This document shows positions 1 through 13,094 of a stretch of 64,000 bases of DNA, piece after piece; positions within the stretch are counted from its first letter, which is position 1, and each line of letters opens with the position of its first letter. The notes beneath the pieces are model-generated. The model searched no databases and was not told the DNA's origin. It saw nothing but the letters and a program-made list of their open reading frames with translations. The DNA comes from Octopus sinensis. Lineage: Eukaryota. The stretch lies in the NCBI RefSeq assembly GCF_006345805.1, contig NC_042998.1, positions 177,072,001 through 177,136,000 of the forward strand, in the 5' to 3' direction. Position numbers and translations under genes: made by a program.

Positions 1-504
1 TTCATGCTTTCCCTCAGCGGCATTAACGTTTCCATTAAAGAGAAACTTGCATTAACTGAGATTAACAGCCAGAATCTTGCACCGACATACCTAGCGTTTA
101 TCTCTTTGCTCTCCAGCGACCGTCGCTCTATTTATTGAAATATAGAATATCTTCGTATCACTATCAACAATAGTAAACTGAAAATTAACTAAATGATAGC
201 ATTTCATAATAGCTTCGCACATTCAAATTTTGTATTTGTTTTGTTGTCTTCTTGACAGCCAAACAAATAGGAGAAAAAGAGACAAAACTGTACTTGAGGA
301 AAAAAAAAGTATAATGGAAAAAAAAGAGTATAATAGAAGGAATACAGGCTATTACGAAGTGAGATAGGAAACGAGAATGAGCGGTGAAAGCGTTTGATTA
401 TAACGGTTTTCAGATTCATTGGAAGTGAGTGATACAATCTGTGGCTTAGATATGCTTTGATGTTGCTGAAACAGCACACAAAAATTCTGCTAGCCTGAAT
501 TATA

Positions 505-561
505 CACACACACACACACATATATATACATATAAATATACATACATGCATATATATATAT

Positions 562-593
<32 letters not shown>

Positions 594-721
594 ATATATA
601 CATACATACATATATATACATATATATACATATATATATATATACATATATATATACATATATATATATATATACATACATATATATATATACATACATA
701 CATATACATACATATATATAC

Positions 722-768
<47 letters not shown>

Positions 769-848
769 TATATACATATACATACATACATACATACATA
801 CATACATACATACATACATACATGTATATACATATATATACATATATA
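505..848. repeat. Compound (CA)n/(TA)n/(TACA)n microsatellite
   Basis: Direct reading; source of the Y/I/M/V/C-rich ORFs at 204-866. Confidence 0.95.
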
Positions 849-1551
849 ATTCTCATATATTTATAAACGCATCCTAGAAATAGGGGTTGCTAAGTGCTCT
901 TTACTGAAAAGAATAGACTATTGCATTAAAAGTTGCCAAAACTGCTTCAATCGACATGTTTTCAATATACATAAAAAAAATTGTTTTTTAGGGAGGAAAA
1001 AAAGCAATAGTATAATTTAGAATTTCATATGGAAAAAATATATATATATATTACTGAAATAAAAGCAACTTGATTGTAAGTGAGTACAGTACAGATAAAA
1101 AAAAAACAAACATTAAAACATTCGTATTGTCTAGCAAAATAGAGCGAGTACTGAGAGGTTTTGAAAATAGCTGGCATCTATTGGAAAAAGGGGTAAATTA
1201 CATCAGGATATCTGTGCATAAACGTTGTGTGTGTGTCTGTGTAAATAATAATAATATGAATATAAAAATAATATGATTAATAATATCTTTCTTAAACATA
1301 TTTCGCCTTACTTTTCTTGCGCGTTAATGCGTTCGTACTACGTATGAATAATTCAGTAATGGAAGTCATTGCAGGATATTTCTCTGAAGGCTCTTACAGC
1401 TTTGCATCTCTCTCTCTCTCTCTCTCTTTCTCCCCTTTCTCTCCCCCCTCTGTCCCTTTGTCCCTCCCTCCCTCCTGTATATTTTTTTTACAAACGAAAG
1501 AAAAGAGCTGACAATACATGATTTAGAGTGTACACACACATGCTTCCAATC

Positions 1552-1582
<31 letters not shown>

Positions 1583-1625
1583 GTGTGTGTGTGTGTGTGT
1601 GAGTGTGTGTGTGTGCGCGTGGGTG

Positions 1626-1667
<42 letters not shown>

Positions 1668-1689
1668 AGCTCGCATATAAACGCACATA

Positions 1690-1800
1690 CACACACCTTC
1701 ACACACACTGGCATACACACACCTTCACACACACTGGCATACACACACCTTCACACACACTGTCATACACACACCTTCACACACACTGTCATACACACAC
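1690..1800. repeat. Short minisatellite of (CA)-derived units (cacacaccttcacacacactggcata-like)
   Basis: About 4-5 imperfect units read directly. Confidence 0.75.
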
Positions 1801-1860
1801 GCACACGCGCGCGCAATTTATCCTCTTATCCGGACATGGGTCATTTGTTTCTGATCACAG

Positions 1861-1901
1861 CATAGCTCCAGACGCGACGAACGCTGCTCCCATCATCAAC
1901 G
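1861..1901 (+). other. Candidate 41-nt exon (unverified)
   Basis: tcatttgtttctgatcacAG acceptor at 1860, ACG|GTAAAC donor at 1902, GC-rich, one open frame (IAPDATNAAPIIN). No homology recognised. Confidence 0.25.
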
Positions 1902-2089
1902 GTAAACACGAAATGTTCGTGTACAAGAATTAACCCGCTTACATACCACTTGTATGAAAGAAGCGGAAAATTTGGGGCTTTCTATACAGCATCTCTCTCT
2001 CCCTCTCTCTGTCTCAATTTATCTATCTATTTATCTCTCTCCCTCTTTTCTCCCCCTCTTTTACATTATAAAGCGCTGTACTGAATAGT

Positions 2090-2318
2090 TATTTCTTTAC
2101 TACCCACAAGGGGTTAAACATAGAGAGGACAAACAAGGACAGACAAACGGATTAAGTCGGTTATATCGACCCCAGTGCGTAACTGGTACTTAATTTATCG
2201 ACCCCGAAAGGATGAAAGGTAGAGTCGACCTCGGCGGAATTTGAACTCAGAACGTAATGCCAGACGAAATACGGCTCCGCTTTTCGCCCGGCGTGCTAAC
2301 GTTTCTGCCAGCTCGCCG
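2090..2318 (-). mobile_element. tRNA-derived SINE family A, full length with target-site duplication
   Basis: Minus strand begins ggcgagctggcagaaacgttagc with a B-box-like gagttcaaattcc. gctgtactgaatagt is duplicated at 2075-2089 and 2318-2332. Confidence 0.9.
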
Positions 2319-2711
2319 CTGTACTGAATAGTGTTTAAGACAGTGGCATATCTAATGGGTGTACCTTCCGGGGACAGCCGCTGATTTTTTCCCCCCCTTG
2401 TTCCTATCTTATACAGTAGATCCAGAAGTTCCACCACCATAAAAGCATCACCTCGGGCGGACCGTCTCCCTCGTTACACCCAACACCTGTCTACGCTACA
2501 AGAGGCTATTTCTTGCACAACTGAGCTCATTATCGCTAATGACAACAGGATCTACGTTTACCGGCTCAGTTTGCTTTGCCTGAACAATGACATGTGGCCT
2601 ATTTCCGAAGAAATTACTACTATAATATATTTATGTGTAATGTCGCTATCTTCTCGTGTACGTTGTTTGGTTTCATTATATTTAATTATATGATTATTCA
2701 GAATATTGATT

Positions 2712-2910
2712 TCAAATTTTAGTTCAAGATCATCAAGTTGGGGGAAGGGAACAGGTCGATTACATCGATCCCAGTGTTCGGCTGGTAATGTTTTTAACGA
2801 TCACGAAAGAATGAAAGGCAAAGTCAACCGCGGCGTAATTTGAACTCAGAACGTAAAGGCGGACGAAGTGCCGCTAAGTATTTTCCCGGCGTGCTAACGA
2901 TTCTGCCAGA
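2712..2910 (-). mobile_element. Older SINE family A variant
   Basis: Diverged match to the 2090-2318 head and body with a different 3' tail. Confidence 0.75.
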
Positions 2911-3134
2911 CCTTTGCACAACTCTGATGCGATCCAAAAGTTATTTCTTCGAAAACATCTGCTGCTGCTGCTTATCCTTAGGTTAGCTTCAACTGAAAAG
3001 ATACCTAGCTCGTCATCACTCGGTTACTTTCTTAGCTCTAACTCGACACCATAATCGAGAATTCTCATTATTAATGGCATTCAAATAATGGCCATTGTGT
3101 ATCCTGGACTACATTATCCAGTGTAACCTTTAGT

Positions 3135-3468
3135 CAAACCTGGGCACCAAACCGTTAATCCGTTAATCCGTTAATCGTTAATCAACGAAGTTAACATTTA
3201 CGTCAGCGATTTAACTTTGTAGCAAACTTTGGAAATCATTATCGTACTAATTAGCTTCCATTAACTTCAATTTAGTTGAAGTTGACAAATTTTATAATTT
3301 TGGCACTTTTTAAAAGTATTTTTAGGTGGGTTTACAGCAAAAACTGATTTTTTTTTCTTAAATAAAAATTAACGTTAACAGGTTATCAATAATTTCCGTT
3401 ACGTTAGGAAATAATTAACTAATGAACGGTTATCGAAGTTAACTTATTGGTTAACGGTGCCCGGGTAT
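3135..3468. mobile_element. MITE-like element with short imperfect TIRs
   Basis: cctgggcacc(aaa)ccgttaa at left versus ttaacggtgcccggg at right; internal ccgttaat repeats. Confidence 0.55.
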
Positions 3469-3842
3469 TTATTTGTATGCCACTTGCACTGGCTGAAGAG
3501 TTGCTTGAATAATTAGGTGCTATATTCGGAGCTTATCAACGCATTATTGAGAATCACAATGTGAGCAACTAACATCCAGTGATTCGCTGTTTCGTGTTTA
3601 GGGTGCAGTGAGCTGACCTGACAATTTTTTTCAATACATGTTTGCTGAAGTCACAATTGTGGCGGCCACAACTTGTTGCAGCCACAATGAAGATAAACTC
3701 AATTAGAGTGCTATAAATGCTGTTTCTATGCGTCTCAGCGCAGTGTCTGGGTCGTATAAAGTCAGCGATGCTGCTGTTATTCTTTAGTTAAGTGTGTGTG
3801 TGTGTGTGGTGCCTCTGTGAGTATGTGTGTCTGTGTGTGCGT

Positions 3843-4396
3843 GTTTCTGTATGTGTGTGTGCGTGCGTATGTGTGCGTGTGTCTGCTTGTGTCTATGTAT
3901 GAGAGAGAGAGAGTGTATGTGTGTGCGCGCGTGTGTGTGTGTGCGCGCGTGTGTGTGTGGTGTGTGTGTGTGTGTGTGTGTGTCTGAGAGAGAGAGAGAG
4001 AGAGTGTGTGTGTGTGTGTGTTTTTAATGCTTAGTCTAGACTGAATAGGTGAGGTAGTGTTTTTAAACTGGTTCTGTCGCAGTTTTTCTGTCATGTTGTC
4101 GACGTATGTGTTATCTTTGATGTGATTGTACTCGTATTGACAAAAACACTTGAACTTCCTTAGTAACAGAACTTTGAAACATGTTGAGTCTTCAAATGCC
4201 CGCCTGATTTTTTCATTCTTAGTATCTTTGTTCCATTGTAATGGTATGCTGAATGTGTGAACTGTGATGATGGCACGTATTCTTTTTTCCTGGTTTCTGG
4301 TATTTTGTATTTTGGGGATCCAGACATAACTGGCATATTCTGTGATAAATTTAATATATTGTTTGTAGATTAGAGTGTGTGTGTGTGTATGTGTGT

Positions 4397-4448
<52 letters not shown>

Positions 4449-5113
4449 GACAAATTAGGTATCTGTGCACTGTTTTACATTCTCAACTGTCTTTTACATC
4501 TATGTATATGCTGGGGCGGTCTATGTAATTTATAGTGTTCTGTTTATTTGTTAAGTTGTAAGCTAAATGTGATGGCAAGATGGTTGGTAACAAAGGAGCT
4601 GGTGGAATTCATATGTGAAGCTTTAAGCTAATTTTGCTAGGAAGTAGGTTTCTAGATGGTTAAAGAAAGAGTAAAATAGTTGTACAGTTACAAATTACAT
4701 AATGTCAGAAAACTGTAACACTGGTGTCATCTGTGTGTGAAAAGAACGAATACATTTTTAAAAATGGTCGACAGCCGAATTGGTAGAATAATTGACAAAA
4801 TACATATCTTGCAATCTTGAGATAAGTATTTCATATTTTAAGTTCAAAGTCGACTACTTTTCAAATTTCTGGCCCCACTAACAAAATTGCCCATCAAATT
4901 TCAGATCATGTTAATCGACTAAACCTACCTGCAAAGATCGCAGTTGTTCTTTAGGTGTTGAGTACTTTTTTTAGAAGTGACTTGTGGAAAAGGAAAACAA
5001 TGTTTTGCAGATGTGGTTGATAAGGAAGTTGATGCTGGTTGTTTTTGTTTTTGTGGAAACTGTCAAGCTTTTCTTGTAAAATCTGTGTCAGTCGTGTTGA
5101 ATCACTGTTGTGA
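3843..5113 (+). repeat. Left arm of ~1.25-kb inverted duplication
   Basis: Long near-identical reverse-complement match to 7605-8847, roughly 95% by eye outside the microsatellites. Confidence 0.92.
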
Positions 5114-6063
5114 GTTGGAAAAAAAAAATGTGGTTGAACCTTTTTTACGATTTTGTTACGGTATGCACTGAGCTTTTACACAAAATTTTCCAGTTTTAAG
5201 GTCCGTTGAATCAGCTTTGTTGGCCTTGAGGAAGAAAAGATAATGGAGAATGCAATAATTCCTTTAGACTCCAGTTGTTTTAGTAGAATGTTGGTTATTT
5301 CGTCCGTTCTTGAAATATTTGTGTTTCTTATTATCTGCATCGAGCTTGACTGCAGGAAATATTCAGGTATGAAATCTAATATAATGGGCTACAGTTTATT
5401 TTGCGGCGTCTGTTGGATTATAAATGCTTGCCATTTATGCATTTCTCTGGTTTATTTTTTATTCCTTTTTTTGCTTAATTTCTTGAGGCTGAGTTTTATT
5501 TTGTCTTCATCATTTGTTTTTATCGCGTCAGTTGTTTCAGTTAAGTAATTTTAATTGCTTTCTGTTACTGTGAAGGATACGTTTTAGAAAGCTTCTATAA
5601 TTATTTTACTAAATTGCTGTCACATGCTCCCCCCATTCTCAAATCCGGTACTTTATATTGGAATTCATCCATCAGTTTTCAGTTCTTAGATTTTTGAGAG
5701 CTTCCTCGTTGGCCCTATTGCATTACGCTCTCCACCTTTCTCTTCAAACTTGCTCTACTCTAATGAAACACAACCTTAAACAGATAATCTTTCAGTTGGG
5801 GCATGACAGCCGGGTGTTTTTCAACACCACTCACAGGACCGCTATACAGATAACAAAAAAATAAAATAAACTGTCTACCCATGTGAAAAAGACCAACTCA
5901 ACACATAAGCTCAAAAGTCTTTCACAGCCCATAATTCACAAAAGGCAGCTAAAACTTCAAAATTGCCAAAAATATTAGACTTGACAAGCCCAAATCGTTC
6001 ATGATGGTCTCACACTCATAACGTTACCAAAGCATCATCACTAAGCTAAGAAGAAAAAATTTA

Positions 6064-6376
6064 TCAGGCTGAGTCAAAAGTGTTTTTCAGATTTTCATTG
6101 ATAATTTTTGGCAACTTGTATCTCCATGTTATATCATTAAGTTGATTCAATGTGTTGTCCAATTGTTGCTGAATTATTTATCTTTTGTTTTCGTATAAGC
6201 ATTATTCTTTATTTATCAGCTTTGATAATAATGAGTGGTGAAAAATTTGCAAAAAAAATCTGGAAGGCACAGGAACTGCCAAAGAAAATGTGGCGCAAAA
6301 CTGGTTCGGTTCAGACGTTTCAGGGAAGGTAACACCAGCCGCGAAGACAACCCAAAGTCGGGGAGACTTCGGTTGT
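6064..6376 (+). mobile_element. Mariner 5' fragment (TIR plus N-terminal transposase remnant)
   Basis: TA|TCAGGCTGAGTCAA terminus; translation WFRRFREGNTSREDNPKSGR matches the mariner HTH-linker region. Confidence 0.8.
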
Positions 6377-6570
6377 CTCTGTATGTGTGTGTGCGCGCGT
6401 GCGTGTGTGTGCATGTGTGTGCATGTGTGTGCATGTGTATGTGTATGAGAGAGAGAGTGTGTGTGTGTGTTTGCGTGATTGCACACGCGTGTGAGTGTGT
6501 ATTTTTAATGCTTAGTCTAGATTGAATAGGCGAGGTAGTGTTTTTAAACTGATTCTGTCGCAGTTTTTCT
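6377..6570 (+). repeat. Third partial copy of the start of the duplicated arm
   Basis: tttttaatgcttagtctagattgaatagg...ctgtcgcagtttttct matches 4021-4090 and the reverse of 8640-8847. Confidence 0.85.
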
Positions 6571-6705
6571 TTGTCTGTCCTTGTTTGTCCCCTCTATGTT
6601 TATTGTGGGCAATAAAGAAATAAGTAAAATAAAATCGGAATAGAGAAAAAAGTACGTGTTGGAGTGTGGATCGTTGCCTCTCTGCAAGCGGTTTTGTTTT
6701 GGATA

Positions 6706-7606
6706 TCAGGTTGAGTCAAACGTTTTTCAAGTATTCCAAGCTTTAATTAATAGTTCAAACAAATTATATTGAAAAAGCATGTACCCATCAAAATATATAA
6801 AATCATATTCTACTCTCTGTTGCTATCGGTGTGCCAGTAGCTCAATTCAACACTTAAACCATTTAGCTGGTTTAGAGGCAAAAAATCCCTGCACCCGTTT
6901 ACAACCTCAGCCATATTGCTGAACCTCCGTCAGGTAATACGCTATGGTTCGGAAAACGTTGTAATCTGATGGTGCAAGGGTTGGACTGTAGGCAGGGTGA
7001 GGCAGCACTTCCAGCTCTTCAAGGTCCTCGAGTTTACGTTTGGTCACATTGGCAGTGCTGAAGCATTGTCATGCTGCAGGATTGGGCGTCTTCGATTGGC
7101 CAGAGCCAAGTAGTGGTCTTTCAAAGCATCATATAATCGCTGCAGTTCTTAGTGTTCACAGCACGGCATTCTAGGACAAGCTCAAAATGCAACACCATCT
7201 CGAAATTCCACCAAACACTTAACATGACCCTCCGTTGAAACCATCTTTGTTTGACAAGAGGCTCTGAAGTCTGGTCAGAACGAAGATACCGATATCTATT
7301 ATTAAGATCACGAGAATAGATCTATTTTTCATCCACATTTACAGTTCTCGAAGATTTGCCTGCAATTGTTTTGTTCACACGACGTTGAGCCTGGTTATTA
7401 GTCAGTTCATGCGGAGCTTCTCGAAAACCTCTGTTCACAAGCCGAGCTTATGGAGGTGTCGATTAATGGTGCTTTGTGGAGGACCACTTTCTGCCGACAA
7501 TGTTCAAATGTTTGTGCTTCGCTGTTCAACCATTTAAGTAAAGCTTCCTCTTCCACAACCGAAGTTTCCCTGACTTTGGGTTGTCTTCGAGGCTGGTGTT
7601 ACCTTC
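6706..7606 (-). mobile_element. Mariner 3' fragment, inverted (degenerate DD34D-type transposase)
   Basis: Minus strand encodes ILQHDNA and EVLPHPAYSPTLAPSDY; TIR TA|TCAGGTTGAGTCAA at 6704-6720. Confidence 0.85.
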
Positions 7607-8270
7607 ACAACATTGATTCAACACGACTGACACAGATTTTACAAGAAAAGCTTGACAGTTCCCTCAAAAACAAAAACAACCAGCATCAACTTCCTTATCA
7701 ACCACATCTGCAAAACATTGTTTTCCTTTTGCACAAGTCACTTCTAAATAAAGTACTCAACACCTAAAGAACAACTGCGATCTTTGCAGGTGGGTTTAGT
7801 CGATTAACATGATCTGAAATTTGATGGGCAATTATGCTAGTGAGGCCAGAAATTTGAAAAGTAGTCGACTTTGAACTTAAAATATGAAATACTTATCTCA
7901 AGATTGCAAGATATGTATTTTGTCAATTATTCTACCAATTCGGCTGTCGACCATTTTAAAAAATGTATTCGTCCTTTACGCACACGGATGACACCAGTGT
8001 TACAGTTTTCTGACATTATGTAATTTGTAACTGTACAACTATTTTACTCTTTCTTTAACCATCTAGAAACCTACTTCCTAGCAAAATTAGCTTAAAGCTT
8101 CACATATGAATTCCACCAGCTCCTTTGTTACCAACCATCTTGCCATCACATTTAGCTTACAACTTAACAAATAAACAGAACACTATAAATTACATAGACC
8201 GCCCCAGCATATACAATAGATGTAAAAGACAGTTGAGAATGTAACACAGTGCACAGATACCTAATTTGTC

Positions 8271-8322
<52 letters not shown>

Positions 8323-8728
8323 GCACACACACACACACTCACTCACTCACATACACACTAATCTACAAACAATATATTAAATTTATCACAGAATATGCCA
8401 GTTATGTCTGGATCCCCAAAATACAAAATACCAGAAACCAGGAAAAAAGAATACGTGCCATCATCACAGGCCACACATTCAACATACCTTTACAATGGAA
8501 CAAAGATACTAAGAATGAAAAAATCAGTTGGGCATTTGAAGACTCAACATGTTGCAAAGTTCTGTTACTGAGGAAGTTCAAGTGTTTTTGTCAATACGAG
8601 TACAATCACATCAAAGATAACACATACGTCGACAACATGACAGAAAAACTGCGACAGAACCAGTTTAAAAACACTGCCTCACTTATTCAGTCTAGACTAA
8701 GCATTAAAAATACTCACTCACACGCTTG

Positions 8729-8761
<33 letters not shown>

Positions 8762-8847
8762 TCTCTCTCTCTCTCTCTTTCTCTCTCATACACAGACACA
8801 AGCACACACATACACACACACATACACACACACATACAGAGACAACC
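7605..8847 (-). repeat. Right arm of ~1.25-kb inverted duplication
   Basis: Reverse complement of 3843-5113. Confidence 0.92.
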
Positions 8848-9263
8848 TATTTCTTTACTACCCAAAAGGGGCTAAACACAGAGAGGACAAACAAGGACAA
8901 GCAAACGGATTCAGTCGATTACATCGACCCCAGTGCGTACCTGGTGCTTATTGAATCGACCCCGAAAGGATGAAAGGCTAAGTTGACCTCGGTTGAATTT
9001 GAACTCAGAACGTAACGGCAGACGAAATACCTATTTCTTTACCACCCACAAAGGGCTAAGCATAGAGGGGACAAACAAGGACATACAAAGGGATTAAGTC
9101 GATTATATCGACCCCAGTGCGTAACTGGTACTTAATTTATCGACCCCGAAAAGATGAAAGGCAAAGTCGACCTCGGCGGAATTTGAACTCAGAACGTAAC
9201 GGCAGACGAAATACCGCTAAGCATTTCGCCCGGCGTGCTAACGTTTCTGCCAACTCACCGCCT
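8847..9263 (-). mobile_element. Two tandem SINE family A copies (8847-9030 5'-truncated; 9031-9263 full)
   Basis: Both match 2090-2318. Confidence 0.9.
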
Positions 9264-9336
9264 TAACCACATCAATACTACAAGTCTGTGAGATCTTGCT
9301 AAAGTCATGGTCGCTGTCTCATACTTTTCTAACTAT

Positions 9337-9749
9337 TGGCCGTGTAGTAAGTAGCTTGCTAACCAACCACATGGTTCCGGGTTCAGTCCCACTGCGTGGC
9401 ATCTTGGGCAAGTGTCTTCTGCTATAGCCCCGGGCCGACCAATGCCTTGTGAGTGGATTTGGTAGACGGAAACTGAAAGAAGCCTGTCGTATATATGTAT
9501 ATATATATATAAGTGTGTGTGTATGTGTTTTTGTGTCTGTGTTTGTCCCCCTAGCATTGCTTGACAACCGATGCTGGTGTGTTTACGTCCCCGTCACTTA
9601 GCGGTTCGGCAAAATGGACCGCTAGAATAAGTACTGGGCTTACAAAGAATAAGTCTTGAGGGTCGATTTGCTCGACTAAAGGCGGTGCTCCAGCATGGCC
9701 GCAGTCAAATGACTGAAACAAGTAAAAGAGTTAAAAGAGTTAAAGAGTA
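9337..9749 (+). mobile_element. tRNA-derived SINE family B (CORE-like central domain, internal TA/GT microsatellite)
   Basis: ggttccgggttcagtccc B-box, cttgggcaagtgtcttct CORE-like motif, (aaagagt)n tail. Confidence 0.88.
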
Positions 9750-10237
9750 CACGTATATGCACATGCATACACATATACAAGCATATGCACTCAGGCGCGT
9801 GCACACACAAAAACGCATAGAAGCATACGCTTAACCATGTCCTAAATGGAAATGAAAAATTTACATATAATTTGGTGGATTATGTTACGGACGCCGACTC
9901 CTCTCTCACGATAATGGCGATATTTTAGATGCAAAGCCATACATTTTATGAATAAGAATAAAGACCTGTTCCTGATTCATGTGAGTCTAGCTGCTAATTT
10001 TAGATTCTATGTATGGTTTCTCAACATCTTTCTGCATGCGTTCGAATGTGTGTGCGCATGTATAAATGTGTGTGTCTGCGTGCGTTTTTTAGCGTATTTT
10101 TCAACAGGACTATATATATGTGTACACACACGTACATACATACATGCATACATACATACATACATACATACATGCATGCATACATACATACATACGTACA
10201 TATAACACATATTACAGTGCATTGTTTTCATAATATA

Positions 10238-10633
10238 TCTTTATATATAAAAGTGAAGTTGTGTGAGTGTCTGTCCCCTTCGATTTAGATTCCTAACTAC
10301 TCCCACATTTTGCGGTGCAGTTTAACCAAAACCGGGTATCTTATAGTCGTGATTCATATCGAGCCCTTCTGGGTATTAGCGCGCGTCTACGATGAGTCTA
10401 CGATTTTAAAAATAATTTACCATCATTTTTTTCCATTTTAAAGCATATTTTTTAAATAAAGGGAAGTAACTCTCTAAAAATGTCTACGATGAGTCAACGA
10501 TTTTAAAAAGAATTTACCATAATTTTTTTTCCATTTTTAATGCATTTTTTGCTGTTTTTTAGCTATAACTCTCTAAAAATGCTTTATAGTTATTTCCCTT
10601 ACAAACCCGAGCAACGCCGGGCGATACTGCTAG
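10238..10633 (+). mobile_element. Non-autonomous Helitron copy 1
   Basis: 5' A|TCTTTATATATAAAA; 3' CCCGAGCAACGCCGGG hairpin then CTAG|T; no TSD. Confidence 0.85.
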
Positions 10634-10647
10634 TAATATATTATATA

Positions 10648-11181
10648 CTAGCAGTATCGCCCGGCGTTGCTCGGGTTTGTAAGGGAAATAACTATATAAG
10701 CATTTTTAGAGAGTTATAGCAAAAAAAATGCATTAAAATGGAATAAAAAATGATGATAATTTTTTTTTTAAATCGTTGACTCAGTGTCTTCAAGCCATGA
10801 AGTCGTTGTTCTAAAAGAACGCTGGTCTCCTTGACAACGCATTGCGACGTTGATTTCCTTACACTCCCTTCCCCACAGCTTCACGAGGGAGGGAAGAAGG
10901 GGGAGAAGCAAACAGGTGCAGGTGTGAGCATGGACGCCAACTCCGCCGCCATCGACACACGATGCATTTTGTGCATTAAAATGGAATAAAAAATAATGTT
11001 AAATTATTTTTAAAATCGTAGATTCATCGTAGACGCGCGCTAATACTCAGACGGGCTCGATATGAATCACGACTATAAGATACCCGAATTTGGTTAAACT
11101 GCACCGCAAAATGTGGGAGGAGTTAGGAATCTAAATCGAAGGGGACAGACACTCACACAACTAGAGTTTTATATATATAGA
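10648..11181 (-). mobile_element. Non-autonomous Helitron copy 2
   Basis: Same TC...hairpin-CTAG termini on the minus strand. Confidence 0.85.
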
Positions 11182-11684
11182 CTAGCAGTATCGCCCGGCG
11201 TTGCTCGGGTTTGTAAGGGAAATAACTATATAAGCATTTTTAGAGAGTTACTTCCCTATAAATTCGGGCTTTCTTAGCCATTTTTGTTTTGGTGTCTTCA
11301 AGCCATGAAGTCGTTGTTCTAAAGAACGCTGGTCTCCTTCACAACGCATTACGACGTTGATTTCTCTACACTCCCTTCCCCACAGCTTCACGAGGGAGGG
11401 AAGGTGGAAGAAAAACAACAGGTGAGCTGTGAGCGTGGACCAACTCCGCCGCCATCGACACACGATGCATTTTATGCATTAAAATGGAATAAAAAATGAT
11501 GTTAAATTATTTTTTAAATCGTAGACTCATCGTTGACGCGCGCTAATAGTCAGACGGGCTCGATATGAATCACGACTATAAGATACCCGAATTTGGTTAA
11601 ACTGCACCGCAAAATGTGGGAGGAGTTAGGAATCTAAATCGAAGGGGACAGACACTCACACAACTAGAGTTTTATATATATAGA
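11182..11684 (-). mobile_element. Non-autonomous Helitron copy 3
   Basis: Same termini; its CTAG is fused directly to the TC of copy 2. Confidence 0.85.
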
Positions 11685-11839
11685 TATGTTACCTCATATT
11701 CACACACACAATTACATACACTCTTACTCACTCGCTCGCGCTCGCTCTCTCACATATACATACATACATATATAGATGTAGTTTGTATGCATCCGCATGT
11801 GGTTTCGTAAGTATCGTCTATAAGTAGCGTTTGCACATA

Positions 11840-12350
11840 TCTATATATATAAAACTGTAGTTGTGTGAGTGTCTGTCCCTTCGATTTAGATTCCTAACTC
11901 CTCCCACATTTTGCGGTGCAGTTTAACCAAATTCAGGTATCTTATAGTCGTGATTAATATCGAGCCCGTCTGGCTATTAGCGCGCGTCTACGATGAGTCT
12001 ACGATTTTAAAAATAATTTAACATCATTTTTTATTCCATTTTAATGCATAATTTTTCGTGTCGATGGCGGCGGAGTTGGCGTCCGCTCAAACACCTGCAC
12101 CTGTGTTTGCTTCTCCCCCTTCTTCCCTACCTCGTGAAGCTGTGGGGAAGGGAGTGTAAGGAAATCAACGCCGTAAAGCGTTGTCAAGGAGACCAGCGTT
12201 CTTTTAGAACAACGACTTCATGGCTTGAAGACACCAAAACAGAAATGGCTAAGAAAGCCCGAATTGGCATCTATAAGGGAAGTAACTCTCTAAAAATGCT
12301 TATATAGTTATTTCCCTTACAAACCCGAGCAACGCGGGCGATACTGCTAG
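11840..12350 (+). mobile_element. Non-autonomous Helitron copy 4
   Basis: A|TCTATATATATAAAA ... CTAG. Confidence 0.85.
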
Positions 12351-12854
12351 TCTATATATATAAAACTCTACTTGTGTGAGTGTCTGTCCCTTCGATTTAG
12401 ATTCCTAACTCCTCCCACATTTTGCGGTGCAGTTTAACCAAATTCGGGTATCTTATAGTCGTGATTCATATCGAGCCCGTCTGACTATTAGCGCGCGTCA
12501 ACGATGAGTCTACGATTTTAAAAATAATTTAACATAATTTTTTATTCCATTTTAATGCACAAAATGCATCGTGTGTCGATGGCGGCGGAGTTGGCGTCCA
12601 CGCTCAGCATGCACCTTTTGCTTCTCCACCTTCCCTCCCTCGTGAAGCTGTGGGGAAGGGAGTGTAGAGAAATCAACGTCGTAATGCGTTGTGAAGGAGA
12701 CCAGCGTTCTTTTAGAACAACGACTTCATGGCTGAAGACAGACACCAAAACAAATGGCTAAGAAAGCCCGAATTTATAAGGGAAGTAACTCTCTAAAAAT
12801 GCTTATATAGTTATTTCCCTTACAAACCCGAGCAACGCCGGGCGATACTGCTAG
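12351..12854 (+). mobile_element. Non-autonomous Helitron copy 5
   Basis: Starts immediately after the CTAG of copy 4 (CTAG|TC); ends hairpin-CTAG|T. Confidence 0.85.
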
Positions 12855-13094
12855 TATAATATATTTATGTTACCTCATATTCACACACACAATTACATAC
12901 ACTCTTACTCACTCGCTCGCGCTCGCTCTCTCACATATACTACATACATACATACATACATACATACATACATACATACATACATACATACATACATACA
13001 TACAACATACATACATACATACATACATAGATGTAGTTTGTATGCATCCGCATGTGGTTTCGTAAGTATCGTCTATAAGTAGCGTTTGCACATA

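Noticed and set aside
204-866. ORFs of 100-460 aa rich in Y/I/M/C/V/H/T (also 15-16 kb, 27-28 kb, 36 kb, 62-64 kb)
   Set aside because: They are translations of stop-poor microsatellites.
8410-8712. ~100-codon open frame in the inverted arm (RNQEKRIRAIITGH...)
   Set aside because: No recognisable motif or splice context; possibly decayed TE sequence.
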